64,000 nt of DNA from the NCBI GenBank assembly GCA_037445285.1, contig JBBIKV010000007.1, positions 3,752-67,751 of the forward strand, read 5' to 3'. Both the position numbers and the translations under genes were made by a program. Positions 36,673-45,106 of the stretch are shown here, one piece after another; position 1 is the stretch's first letter; each line of letters begins with the position of its first letter. The notes under the pieces were generated by a model that did no database searches, was not told the origin of the DNA, and saw only the letters and a program-made list of their open reading frames with translations. This DNA comes from Nevskiaceae bacterium (lineage in GTDB: Bacteria > Pseudomonadota > Gammaproteobacteria > Steroidobacterales > Steroidobacteraceae).

Positions 36673-37167
36673 GTGATTCGGGTCACCTACCTCGAACAGA
36701 CCGAACCGGGGCCGCCGCCGGGCCCGCACCGGGGCAGCGAGCGCATCGAGGTCGAGCGCCCGTCCGGCGATGCCTACCTCGCGCTCTACCGGCGCGTCGG
36801 CGGACCGCTCGGGTGGGATCAGCGCACGATGATGTCACGGACCCACCTCGAGTCGCTGTTGAGCGGCGAACACCTCAGGATCTACCTGCTGCGGGACGCG
36901 GCGGGCGCGGCGCTCGGCCTCTGCGAATTCGACCGCAGCGCGTTTCCGCAGATCGAGCTCAAGAATTTCGGGCTGGTGCCCGAGGTGCAGGGACGAGGTC
37001 TCGGCCCGTGGCTGCTCGCCATGGCGCTGCAAGGCGAATGGCGGTCGAACCCGGACCGCATCTGGCTGCACACGGATGAGTGGGATCATCCGGCCGCCCT
37101 GCTCGTGTACCAAAAGGCGGGCTTCCGGGTGTTCGACGTGCGCGACGAACCGGCCGCGGGACTCTAA
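36673..37167 (+). CDS. GNAT-family N-acetyltransferase
   Basis: 164 aa with a GTG start 4 nt after the permease stop. Acetyl-CoA motif VQGRGLGPWLL. Confidence 0.75.
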   Translation: MIRVTYLEQTEPGPPPGPHRGSERIEVERPSGDAYLALYRRVGGPLGWDQRTMMSRTHLESLLSGEHLRIYLLRDAAGAALGLCEFDRSAFPQIELKNFGLVPEVQGRGLGPWLLAMALQGEWRSNPDRIWLHTDEWDHPAALLVYQKAGFRVFDVRDEPAAGL

Positions 37168-37901
37168 ACTCCGCCGGCCGGATCCGGCCGGCCGCCCGGC
37201 CAGAACAGGCCCGGAAGATCGGCCAGCGTGTCGATCAGCGCATCGCATTCGAGGGTGCGGGGATCCCGCCCTTCGTTGTAGCCGTACGGCACGCAGAGGA
37301 CGGGCATCTGCGCCGCGCGGGCGGCGAGCACGTCGTTGATCGAGTCGCCCACCATGAGGGCCTGTGACGGCGGGGTCGACAGGGACTCGCAGGCGAACAA
37401 CAAGGGCTGAGGATCGGGCTTGCGGCGTTCGCAGGTGTCGCCGCCGACGAGGACGCCCACCCATTGCATGAGATGCAGCCGATGCAGCAGCGCCGCGGCA
37501 AAACGCCGGTGTTTGTTCGTGACGACGGCGAGCCGCATCTGCGCCGCATGGAGGCGCTGCAGGGTGTCGACCACTCCCGGGTAGGGCAGCGCATCGGATT
37601 CGCCACGCTCCTCCAAATCGCCGTAGTGATGGAAGAAGCGCTCGAGCAGGACCGACTGATCGGCAGGACTCAACTCACGGCCGCGGGAGGCCGCCGCACG
37701 CTGGATGAGCACCGGAGACCCCCGGCCCACCATCCGGGCGACGTCGCCCACGGCGAAGGGCGCCCAGCCGTGCTCGCCGAGCGCACGATTGAGCGCGCGG
37801 GCGATATCCGCGGCGGTATCCAACAGGGTTCCATCCAAATCGAACAGCACGGCCCGAAGCGGCCGCCCGCGCCAGGCAGCCGCCGGTTGCGTCGTTGTCA
37901 T
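37164..37901 (-). CDS. gph: Phosphoglycolate phosphatase (HAD superfamily)
   Basis: 245 aa from the ATG at 37901. HAD motif I VLFDLDGTLLDT. Gph-like sequence (PYPGVVDTLQRL...VVTNK...MVGDSINDVLAARAA). Confidence 0.8.
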   Translation of the reverse strand: MTTTQPAAAWRGRPLRAVLFDLDGTLLDTAADIARALNRALGEHGWAPFAVGDVARMVGRGSPVLIQRAAASRGRELSPADQSVLLERFFHHYGDLEERGESDALPYPGVVDTLQRLHAAQMRLAVVTNKHRRFAAALLHRLHLMQWVGVLVGGDTCERRKPDPQPLLFACESLSTPPSQALMVGDSINDVLAARAAQMPVLCVPYGYNEGRDPRTLECDALIDTLADLPGLFWPGGRPDPAGGV

Positions 37902-37926
37902 CCCCGCACGATGCCAGCAATGCCCG

Positions 37927-38310
37927 CTAATTGTCGAGCGACAAAATCCAGCGCACCAGTTGGCGGGCCTGCACCTTCGTGATGGCCACCGCATTCGGCG
38001 GCATCGCAAGGCCGCTCACCTTGCCCTTCCAATGGCTGGAGTAGGGGTTCGATCCGTTCATCACCGTGGCGGTCAGCACCTGCCGCGCGTTCTTCTGACC
38101 CTTGTACTTGGCCGCCACGTCCTGCCACGCCGGGCCCACCGGTTTGGCGGCCGCGTCGGCCGACGCGCCGGATTTGACCGAATGACACGTGAGGCACCCA
38201 CCGTGGGTGGCGAGGGCGATCATTGCCGGGTTGTCGACGGGTGCCGACTGCGCGACGCCGAGCGACGCGAGCGCCAGTAGGACCGTCACCGCGAACTTCA
38301 TGCTATGCAT
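37927..38310 (-). CDS. Periplasmic monohaem cytochrome c (c551/c8-like)
   Basis: 127 aa. Signal peptide, CLTCH haem motif, GPAWQDVAAKYKG and MPPN (Met ligand) blocks typical of c551-type cytochromes. Confidence 0.8.
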   Translation of the reverse strand: MHSMKFAVTVLLALASLGVAQSAPVDNPAMIALATHGGCLTCHSVKSGASADAAAKPVGPAWQDVAAKYKGQKNARQVLTATVMNGSNPYSSHWKGKVSGLAMPPNAVAITKVQARQLVRWILSLDN

Positions 38311-38416
38311 TTCTGGGGTCTTGCCTTGGATGGGGTTTAAGGCCGCTCGGGCCGGTGCGGGGAATATGCATGACCCCGGGCCCGAATCATCTACGTAATT
38401 ACCGCAGCGTACGGAT

Positions 38417-39211
38417 TCAACCCAGGGTCACGCTCACCGGACAATGGTCGCTGCCCGTGACTTCCGGATGAATCGCCGCGGCCTTGACGGCGTCCCGCAG
38501 CCCCGAGGACACCAGGAAGTAATCGATCCTCCAACCGATGTTGCGGGCCCGCGAGTTGGCGAAATGGCTCCACCAGGAATAGTGGCCGTTGCCCTGGGTG
38601 AACAGCCGGAAGGTGTCGATGAAGCCGGCATCGAGAAGATGCTGGAATCCGCTGCGCTCCTCGTCCGTGAAGCCCTTCTTGCCGCGGTTGGACTTCGGGT
38701 TCGCCAGATCCATCTCCGTATGCGCGACGTTGAGATCACCGCACAGGATGACGGGCTTTTTCGCCTGAAGCTGCACGCAATAGGCCAGAAATGCGGGATC
38801 CCAATGCTTGAAACGCAACGCCAGCCGGCTCAGATCCTCCTTGGCGTTGGGCGTGTAGACCGTCACGACGTAATATTTCGCGTACTCCGCCGTGATCACC
38901 CGGCCCTCCTCCGCGCTGTCGCGCTGCAATTCGTCCGCAAAACTGAAGCGCGCGGCGAAATCCCCCGGAAATCCGTTGATGACCGCGACGGGTTCCTGCT
39001 TCGAGAATATCGCCGTGCCCGAATAGCCCTTCTTGACCGCAGAATTCCAATATTCGTGGTAGTCGGGCAGATCGATCTCGACCTGCCCGCGCTCGGCCTT
39101 GGTCTCCTGCAGGCACAGGATGTCCGGCTGATGCGCTTCGAGAAACGACAGGAACAGCCCCTTGCGGTGGACGGCACGAATGCCGTTCACGTTCCACGAA
39201 TAGATTTTCAT
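38417..39211 (-). CDS. xthA: Exodeoxyribonuclease III
   Basis: 264 aa. MKIYSWNVNGIRA...ILCLQETK...SDHCPV hallmarks of the ExoIII/APE family. Confidence 0.9.
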   Translation of the reverse strand: MKIYSWNVNGIRAVHRKGLFLSFLEAHQPDILCLQETKAERGQVEIDLPDYHEYWNSAVKKGYSGTAIFSKQEPVAVINGFPGDFAARFSFADELQRDSAEEGRVITAEYAKYYVVTVYTPNAKEDLSRLALRFKHWDPAFLAYCVQLQAKKPVILCGDLNVAHTEMDLANPKSNRGKKGFTDEERSGFQHLLDAGFIDTFRLFTQGNGHYSWWSHFANSRARNIGWRIDYFLVSSGLRDAVKAAAIHPEVTGSDHCPVSVTLG

Positions 39212-39293
39212 GTCGGCGAAGATACCCGGTTGCAGGTCTCCAAGGAATGCGCCGATGGCAATTCACGCCGCGGGCGGCCGTTGCGCGCCTCGC

Positions 39294-39587
39294 TCACGCC
39301 CGGATTCCATGAAACGGCGCGCTGCCGAACAGGTGCTTCGCACTGCCCTGGATGCGGTCGGCATCGATGGTCGCGGTGAACTTGAAGCTCAGTCGCATGG
39401 GCTTCGTGATTTTCGCCGACCATTCGAGCCGGTTGCCCTCGATCCTGCCGTTGCCGATGACGGCGAAATGCTCGCCGTCCGACAGCGACCCCGAGAGCTT
39501 CTCCCCGTCGACGACCAGATCCAGCACGCCCGTCTTGTCCCCCATCGGCGTCTTGATCGTGACATTCCATTTACCCTGCGCAGACAT
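39294..39587 (-). CDS. Conserved-looking small beta-rich protein of unknown function
   Basis: 97 aa. Internally two-fold pattern (GKWNVTIKTPMGDKTGVLDL...; LEWSAKITKPMRLSFKFTATI...). Starts 3 nt after the LysR gene stop. Confidence 0.6.
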   Translation of the reverse strand: MSAQGKWNVTIKTPMGDKTGVLDLVVDGEKLSGSLSDGEHFAVIGNGRIEGNRLEWSAKITKPMRLSFKFTATIDADRIQGSAKHLFGSAPFHGIRA

Positions 39588-39590
39588 GAC

Positions 39591-40544
39591 TCACCTCCTT
39601 GGTGCACGCGCCGGCTCGACCGGACGCGCCTTGTCGGACAACAGCGCGCGCAGCCTCCCGTCCGCGAAATCCACGAACGCCGCCACCGCGGCGGGGATTT
39701 GTTCGCGGCTGGGAAGCACGATATTGAAATCGGAGCCATGCCGGCGATGGTCGGGCAGGACGTGCACGAGGCGGCCGGCGCACAGATCGGCATGCGTGAG
39801 CATCGAGGGCAGCAGCGCCACACCCAGTCCCGCGAGGCAGCTCTGCAGCAGGATGCGCGAACTGTTGGCGTTGAACCGCCCCGCGACCTTCACCGACTCC
39901 TCCCCCCGCGGCCCGGTCAGCGTCCAGACCGCCCCGCGCTGCCGGCTGGAGATCGTCAAACAATCGTGAGCCTCGAGATCCTGCAGGCACTGCGGCGCAG
40001 CTCGCGCGGCCAAATAGCCGGGACTCGCCACCAGATCGAAATGCACCGGCGTGATGTGGCGGAATGCGGTGGCCGCATCCGGGGCAGCCCCGCCGCGAAA
40101 GGCGACGTCGATGCCCTCCTCGATCAAGTCGGCGCGCGCGTCGCTCAGGACGAAATCGAGCTGCACCCGCGGATGCCGGACCAAAAACTCGGTCACCCAC
40201 TGCATACGGAACAGGTCGAGAAAATCCTCGGGCGCCGCAACGCGCACGCACCCACTGGGATCGCGGCTGCCGTCGACCAGGTTGCGGCCGGCTTCCAGCA
40301 CGCCGTCGACCGCATCGGCGCAGCGATCGAAAAATGCCTGCCCTGGGGCGGTCAGCGTGAGTTTGCGGGTCGATCGCTGCATCAGGCGGGTACCCAGCGA
40401 CGCCTCCAGCTTGCGGATGCGGCGGCTCAAGGTATTGGGCGGCACGTTCAGGCGGCGCGCCGCCTCGACGAAACTGCGTGCCCTCACCACCTGCACGAAC
40501 ATGCGTACCTCATTGAGATCCAACACCTGACTTCTCTCATTCAT
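39591..40544 (-). CDS. LysR-family transcriptional regulator
   Basis: 317 aa. The wHTH LNEVRMFVQVVRARSFVEAARRLNVPPNTLSRRIRKLE plus a LysR effector domain. Divergent from wrbA. Confidence 0.9.
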   Translation of the reverse strand: MNERSQVLDLNEVRMFVQVVRARSFVEAARRLNVPPNTLSRRIRKLEASLGTRLMQRSTRKLTLTAPGQAFFDRCADAVDGVLEAGRNLVDGSRDPSGCVRVAAPEDFLDLFRMQWVTEFLVRHPRVQLDFVLSDARADLIEEGIDVAFRGGAAPDAATAFRHITPVHFDLVASPGYLAARAAPQCLQDLEAHDCLTISSRQRGAVWTLTGPRGEESVKVAGRFNANSSRILLQSCLAGLGVALLPSMLTHADLCAGRLVHVLPDHRRHGSDFNIVLPSREQIPAAVAAFVDFADGRLRALLSDKARPVEPARAPRR

Positions 40545-40637
40545 GGCATGGTTTGATCCGATTATGCCATCTAGTCATAGAATCATCCGCCGCCTATGCT
40601 GAGCATCGATTCGACCCACTGACAATCGGAGGCTCCT

Positions 40638-41240
40638 GTGGCGAAAGTGCTGGTTTTGTATTACTCATCCTACGGCCATCTCGAGACCATGGCGAACGCC
40701 GTCGCGGAGGGCGCCCGAGCGGCCGGCGCCGCCGTGGACGTGAAGCGAGTACCCGAAACGGCACCGCCGGAGGTCGCCAAAGCGGCGCACTTCAAGCTGG
40801 ACCAGGCGGCTCCGGTCGCCGCCATCGATGATCTGGCGGGCTATGACGCCGTCATCATCGGCTGTCCGACACGCTTCGGGCGCATGGCATCGCAAATGGC
40901 GGCCTTTCTCGATCAGGCCGGCGGATTGTGGATGCGTGGCGCCCTGAACGGCAAGGTGGGCGGCGCCTTCACTTCGACTGCGACGCAGCATGGCGGCCAG
41001 GAAGTCACCCTTTTCTCGATCATCACCAATCTGCTGCATTTCGGCATGACCGTCGTCGGATTGCCGTACAGCCATCAGGGACAAATGACCCTGGATGAAA
41101 TCGTGGGCGGAAGCCCCTACGGGGCGACCACGATCGCGGGAGGCACGGGACAGCGCCAGCCGAGCGCAATCGACCTGGCGGGCGCCAGACATCAGGGTAT
41201 GTTGATCGCCCAGACCGCCGCGAAGCTGACGGCCCGGTGA
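40638..41240 (+). CDS. wrbA: NAD(P)H:quinone oxidoreductase WrbA (flavodoxin-like)
   Basis: 200 aa with a GTG start and GGAGG 5 nt upstream. [26 protein letters not shown] is the canonical WrbA N-terminus. Confidence 0.9.
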   Translation: MAKVLVLYYSSYGHLETMANAVAEGARAAGAAVDVKRVPETAPPEVAKAAHFKLDQAAPVAAIDDLAGYDAVIIGCPTRFGRMASQMAAFLDQAGGLWMRGALNGKVGGAFTSTATQHGGQEVTLFSIITNLLHFGMTVVGLPYSHQGQMTLDEIVGGSPYGATTIAGGTGQRQPSAIDLAGARHQGMLIAQTAAKLTAR

Positions 41241-41241
41241 T

Positions 41242-41622
41242 TCAGCCCCTCCCGGTCTCGAGATGGGAGAGGACTTGGCGGGCAAAGGTTCCGACGTCGA
41301 TCGGCTTCGAAACGTAACCGTCGCAGCCGGCGTCGCGCATTTTTTGCTCGTCCCCCTGCATGGCATAGGCGGTGAACGCCAGCACCACGATGTGCCGGGT
41401 CATGGCGTCGGACTTGATCCTCCGGGTGAGCTCGAGGCCGTTCATGCCGGGCATCTGGATGTCCATCAGGATGAGGTCCGGGTGGAACGACTGGATGCGC
41501 AACAGCGCTGCGGCGGCATCCGGCGCGGACTCGATCAGACACCCGTCGGTGCCGATGACGAATTTCACGAGTTCGACGTTGAGAACGTTGTCGTCCACCA
41601 CCAGGATGCGCGGGATGGTCAA
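41242..41622 (-). CDS. Stand-alone CheY-like receiver protein
   Basis: 126 aa. ILVVDDN...DLILMDIQMPGMNGLE...AFTAYAM...KPI receiver signature. No output domain. Confidence 0.9.
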   Translation of the reverse strand: MTIPRILVVDDNVLNVELVKFVIGTDGCLIESAPDAAAALLRIQSFHPDLILMDIQMPGMNGLELTRRIKSDAMTRHIVVLAFTAYAMQGDEQKMRDAGCDGYVSKPIDVGTFARQVLSHLETGRG

Positions 41623-41688
41623 GCGGAACCGGGACCGGGGAACGAGAATCTCATGTTGCCGAGCAGCTTTAGCCGCGTCACGTGCGCC

Positions 41689-43218
41689 TCACGGAGCGCC
41701 CGGCACATTTGCCTTCTGAGCGGCCGGCTGGGTGCAGGTGTGAGGCTGGCGGGGACACGCGCCGCTGCGCGGGCAGATGACGCTCGCGGGGGAATCGAGC
41801 GCATCGGCAATCCACGAAATATTGAGGACCTGGGAGGCGGAACGGATGCTGGCTGCGGCGGCGGGCGGAATCCCGCCGTCTCCCCCGCCGGCGCGGCAGG
41901 AATCGGCGACCGCCGCGACCACACCCTCGCCGTCGAAACCCTGGGCCTCCAAGGCCGGCAGCAGATCGACTCCCACGGACAGCACGTGAAGTTCGTCGAG
42001 GGCGTCGCGGGTGAGCAGCGAGTGACAGCAATACAGCCGTGCGCGCTTGCCGTCCTGCATCACCGAGATTTGCGATTTCGGCTTCTGCACGAGCGGCGGC
42101 GAGGGCGGCGGGTCGCGCAACAGCCTGAAGACGGCCCAACGCGGACAGGGATCGGACACCAGACTCATGTTGCCCCACGGCAGCGGGATGCCGTTGCCGC
42201 GATACACGGCACGCAGATAGCCGGGTGGGTAGGCGTCGAAGAAATGCCAGTGGCGGTACGGTGAGACCGCGGTCATGCGGCGCATGACGAGCGCGGGCGT
42301 GACGCCGAGCTTGCGGCCGGCGGAGACGCTGTGCGCCTCGCGAATCAAGAAGCGCCGGAAGGGGATGCGCGGACAGAGCAGCGCACCGGCGAAAAAACTG
42401 CACTCGAAATCGCGCCAGGCGTACAGCACGTCCTGCGCCCCCATTCCCGCGGTGGATTGCGAGGCATCGCCGTCCCCGGAATGCATGGCGCTGTGCGGCG
42501 AGATCGCGCCGTCGCCGTTGTGCAGCACCTTGTGGCCGATGAAGAACGCGAGTTCGTACTTCAAGCGCTCCTCCTGATGGCGCAGGCGCTGGTTGACCAA
42601 CACCGTCCCCGGCGCCTCGAAACGCGAACGAATCAATGCAGCGCCCTTAGACCTGGCGCCCGCCGCGTCGCCGTTGAACCAGCGGATCTGCAATCCATGG
42701 CGGGTACAGATCGCCATCAGGGCATCCAGCGTCAGGGGCATCTCCCGGCCACCACACTCCTCGGCCGCCCGCTCGATGTCCGGAAAGCTGTTGTGACGGG
42801 TCTCCTGCCATACGCGGATCAGCAGCTGCGCGAACTGCCGACCGGTGGTGCCGGTCTGCGACAGCAGTTCGGGCAGCGCATTCTGCATCAGCTCATGCGA
42901 GAACAGGAACGCAGGCTCCAGCGGCATCGCCTCCAGCCCCCCCCGGTCACGCTGCGCGGGCGCCACTTCCAGTTCGGTGTTCTCGTCCAGGAACCAGCGG
43001 GATTCCTTGCCGAAGATCCCCGCCAGCATGTCGAGCATCTGCGCCGACGGCATGCGCTTGCCGGTCTCGACCATGCTCAGATAGGACACCGAGGGAGCCC
43101 CTTCGGCGTCGATTTGCACGCAGCGCGCCGACAGTTCGTCCAGGGTGAACCCATTGCGCTTGCGCAGGCTGCGCAGCTTCGCACCCAAGAAATGCCCCTG
43201 GCGAATCAGTCCCGCCAC
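41689..43218 (-). CDS. XRE-HTH regulator with large C-terminal domain (RamB / short-chain fatty acyl-CoA regulator ScfR-like)
   Basis: 509 aa with a GTG start. N-terminal Cro/C1 HTH (LGAKLRSLRKRNGFTLDELSARC...YLSMVETGKRMPS) and a long C-terminal region resembling the DUF955/DUF2083 architecture of RamB-type regulators (from memory). Divergent from aceK. Confidence 0.65.
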   Translation of the reverse strand: MAGLIRQGHFLGAKLRSLRKRNGFTLDELSARCVQIDAEGAPSVSYLSMVETGKRMPSAQMLDMLAGIFGKESRWFLDENTELEVAPAQRDRGGLEAMPLEPAFLFSHELMQNALPELLSQTGTTGRQFAQLLIRVWQETRHNSFPDIERAAEECGGREMPLTLDALMAICTRHGLQIRWFNGDAAGARSKGAALIRSRFEAPGTVLVNQRLRHQEERLKYELAFFIGHKVLHNGDGAISPHSAMHSGDGDASQSTAGMGAQDVLYAWRDFECSFFAGALLCPRIPFRRFLIREAHSVSAGRKLGVTPALVMRRMTAVSPYRHWHFFDAYPPGYLRAVYRGNGIPLPWGNMSLVSDPCPRWAVFRLLRDPPPSPPLVQKPKSQISVMQDGKRARLYCCHSLLTRDALDELHVLSVGVDLLPALEAQGFDGEGVVAAVADSCRAGGGDGGIPPAAAASIRSASQVLNISWIADALDSPASVICPRSGACPRQPHTCTQPAAQKANVPGAP

Positions 43219-43270
43219 TCGAGCCCCCCCGGATGGTCCAGAAGATCATGTGACGTCATGCGATGATCCA

Positions 43271-43307
43271 TGTGAAATTCACATTGTGAAATTTCTATTG
43301 TGTAAAT
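43271..43307. repeat. Three direct repeats TGTG(A/T)AAAT at 14-bp spacing, the first also forming TGTGA-aat-TCACA; candidate operator
   Basis: Seen directly at 43271, 43285 and 43299, in the only AT-rich stretch of the 172-bp divergent region between the regulator (start 43218) and aceK (start 43391). Confidence 0.5.
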
Positions 43308-43390
43308 ACTCCCGTCAAACACTTTAGTCTCGTACCCCATCGCGATGCAAGTCCGCTCGAGCCGCGGCGCGGAACTGGCGGGGGTGCGGA

Positions 43391-45106
43391 ATGATCCTTC
43401 AGGAAAACGATACCGAATCGACCAAGGCGCGCGCGGCCCAGATCGCCGAGCACTTTCGTTCCTACAACGAAGAATTTGGACGCATCACGCGGCGGGCGGC
43501 CCTCAATTTCCTGGCCGAGGACTGGCAGTCGGCGCAGCGCGACGCGGTCGCCCGCATCGAACTCTACGACCAGCGGGTCACCCGTTGCGTGGTGGAGATC
43601 GGCACCGAACTGCTCGACCGGCGCACGGACGTCGCCCTCTGGTCGGACATGAAACGCGCCTACGACATGCTGGTGGCGAGGCGGCCGGACAGCGACTTCT
43701 ACCGGACCTTCTTCAACTCCGTGAGCCGCGAACTGTTCGGCACGGTCGGCGTGAACACGGAGGTCGAGTTCTGCGCGACCAACGTCGGACGGGCCTCGGG
43801 CTCGGTGCCGATCCGCGTCTACCGGATCGGCTCATCGCTCCCCGCCGCGGTTCGCGAAATCCTCGCCGATCTGCCGTTCGGTGCGGCGATGAACGATCAG
43901 GACGCGGCGGTCCATCGCATCAGCGCCGAGATCGGACGTTACTTCGAATCCGGCCGGCAAAGCGGTGCACCGGAGTCCATCGAATTGATCGAGCCGGTGT
44001 TCTACCGCGGCATGCACGCGTTCGCGGTGGGCCGCATCATCGGCGACAGCTCCATCACTCCGCTCGTGATGGCGTTCTCCAACTCGGACCAGGGCGTGCG
44101 GGTGGATGCGGTCATGCTGTCCCGGGCGGAGGTCGGCTCGCTGTTCGGCTACGCACGCTCCTACTTCCACGTCGACCTGCCGGTGGTCAGCGCGGCCATC
44201 ACGCTGCTGCGCTCGTTCATGCCCCGCAAGTCCATCGATGAACTGTACACGGTGCTGGGACGCGCCAAACAGGGCAAGACCGAGCGCTATTTCGCCCTCC
44301 AACGGCACCTCAACACCTCCATCGACAGCTTCGTGCACGCCCCCGGCGACCGCGGCCTGGTGATGATCGTCTTCACGCTGCCCTCCCACGATCTGGTGTT
44401 CAAGGTCATCCGCGACCATTTCGGCGCGCCGAAGACCAGCACCCGCGAAGAGGTGATCGAGCGCTACCAATTCGTGTTCCGCCACGACCGCGCGGGACGC
44501 CTGGTGGATGCCCAGGAATTCAAACGCCTGCGCCTGCCGCGCGCGCGCTTCATGCCAGCCCTCCTCGAGGAACTGCTCTCCGGCGCCAGCCGGAGCTGCC
44601 GGATCGAGGGCGATGACCTGATCGTCGAACACTGCTACATCGAACGGCGCCTCAGGCCCCTCAATCTGTTCCTGCGCGAGGCGGAACCGGCGGCGGCGGA
44701 GGCCGCGATCATCGACTACGGCAATGCGCTGCGCGATCTCGCGGCCAGCAACGTGTTCCCCGGCGATTTGCTGCTCAAGAACTTCGGTGTCACCAGCCAC
44801 CGGCGGGTGATCTTCTACGATTACGACGAGCTGTGTCTCGTGACGGACTGCGTGTTCCGCGATTTGCCGCAGGCCCGCAGCGAGGAGGAGGAGAACAGCG
44901 CGGAGCCGTGGTTCCACTGCGGCCCGCACGACGTGTTTCCGGAGCAATGGCTGCCGTTCCTGTCGATTCCGCCCGCCCTGCGCGAGGTCTTCGTGCGCCA
45001 CCACGGCGAGCTGTTGACGGCGGCCTGGTGGCGGTCACAGCCGGCGCATTCCGCCGACGCGCACCGCTTCATCCTGCCCGCCGCGCTCGCCGCCCCGGCC
45101 GCCTAG
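43391..45106 (+). CDS. aceK: Bifunctional isocitrate dehydrogenase kinase/phosphatase
   Basis: 571 aa with AceK-like sequence throughout (FRSYNEEFGRITRRA...; NVFPGDLLLKNFGVTSHRRVIFYDYDEL; DVFPEQW). Confidence 0.9.
   Translation: MILQENDTESTKARAAQIAEHFRSYNEEFGRITRRAALNFLAEDWQSAQRDAVARIELYDQRVTRCVVEIGTELLDRRTDVALWSDMKRAYDMLVARRPDSDFYRTFFNSVSRELFGTVGVNTEVEFCATNVGRASGSVPIRVYRIGSSLPAAVREILADLPFGAAMNDQDAAVHRISAEIGRYFESGRQSGAPESIELIEPVFYRGMHAFAVGRIIGDSSITPLVMAFSNSDQGVRVDAVMLSRAEVGSLFGYARSYFHVDLPVVSAAITLLRSFMPRKSIDELYTVLGRAKQGKTERYFALQRHLNTSIDSFVHAPGDRGLVMIVFTLPSHDLVFKVIRDHFGAPKTSTREEVIERYQFVFRHDRAGRLVDAQEFKRLRLPRARFMPALLEELLSGASRSCRIEGDDLIVEHCYIERRLRPLNLFLREAEPAAAEAAIIDYGNALRDLAASNVFPGDLLLKNFGVTSHRRVIFYDYDELCLVTDCVFRDLPQARSEEEENSAEPWFHCGPHDVFPEQWLPFLSIPPALREVFVRHHGELLTAAWWRSQPAHSADAHRFILPAALAAPAA

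Noticed and set aside
40570-40590. LysR T-N11-A box (ATGccatctagtCAT) in the LysR/wrbA divergent region
   Set aside because: Only 3-bp arms are complementary. Such a match is expected by chance in a 93-bp region, so it is not listed as a feature.
43271-43283. CRP/FNR-like site (TGTGA...TCACA)
   Set aside because: The half-sites are separated by 3 nt, not the 6 nt of CRP or the 4 nt of FNR-type (TTGAT-N4-ATCAA) sites. It is better described as part of the 14-bp phased direct-repeat array.
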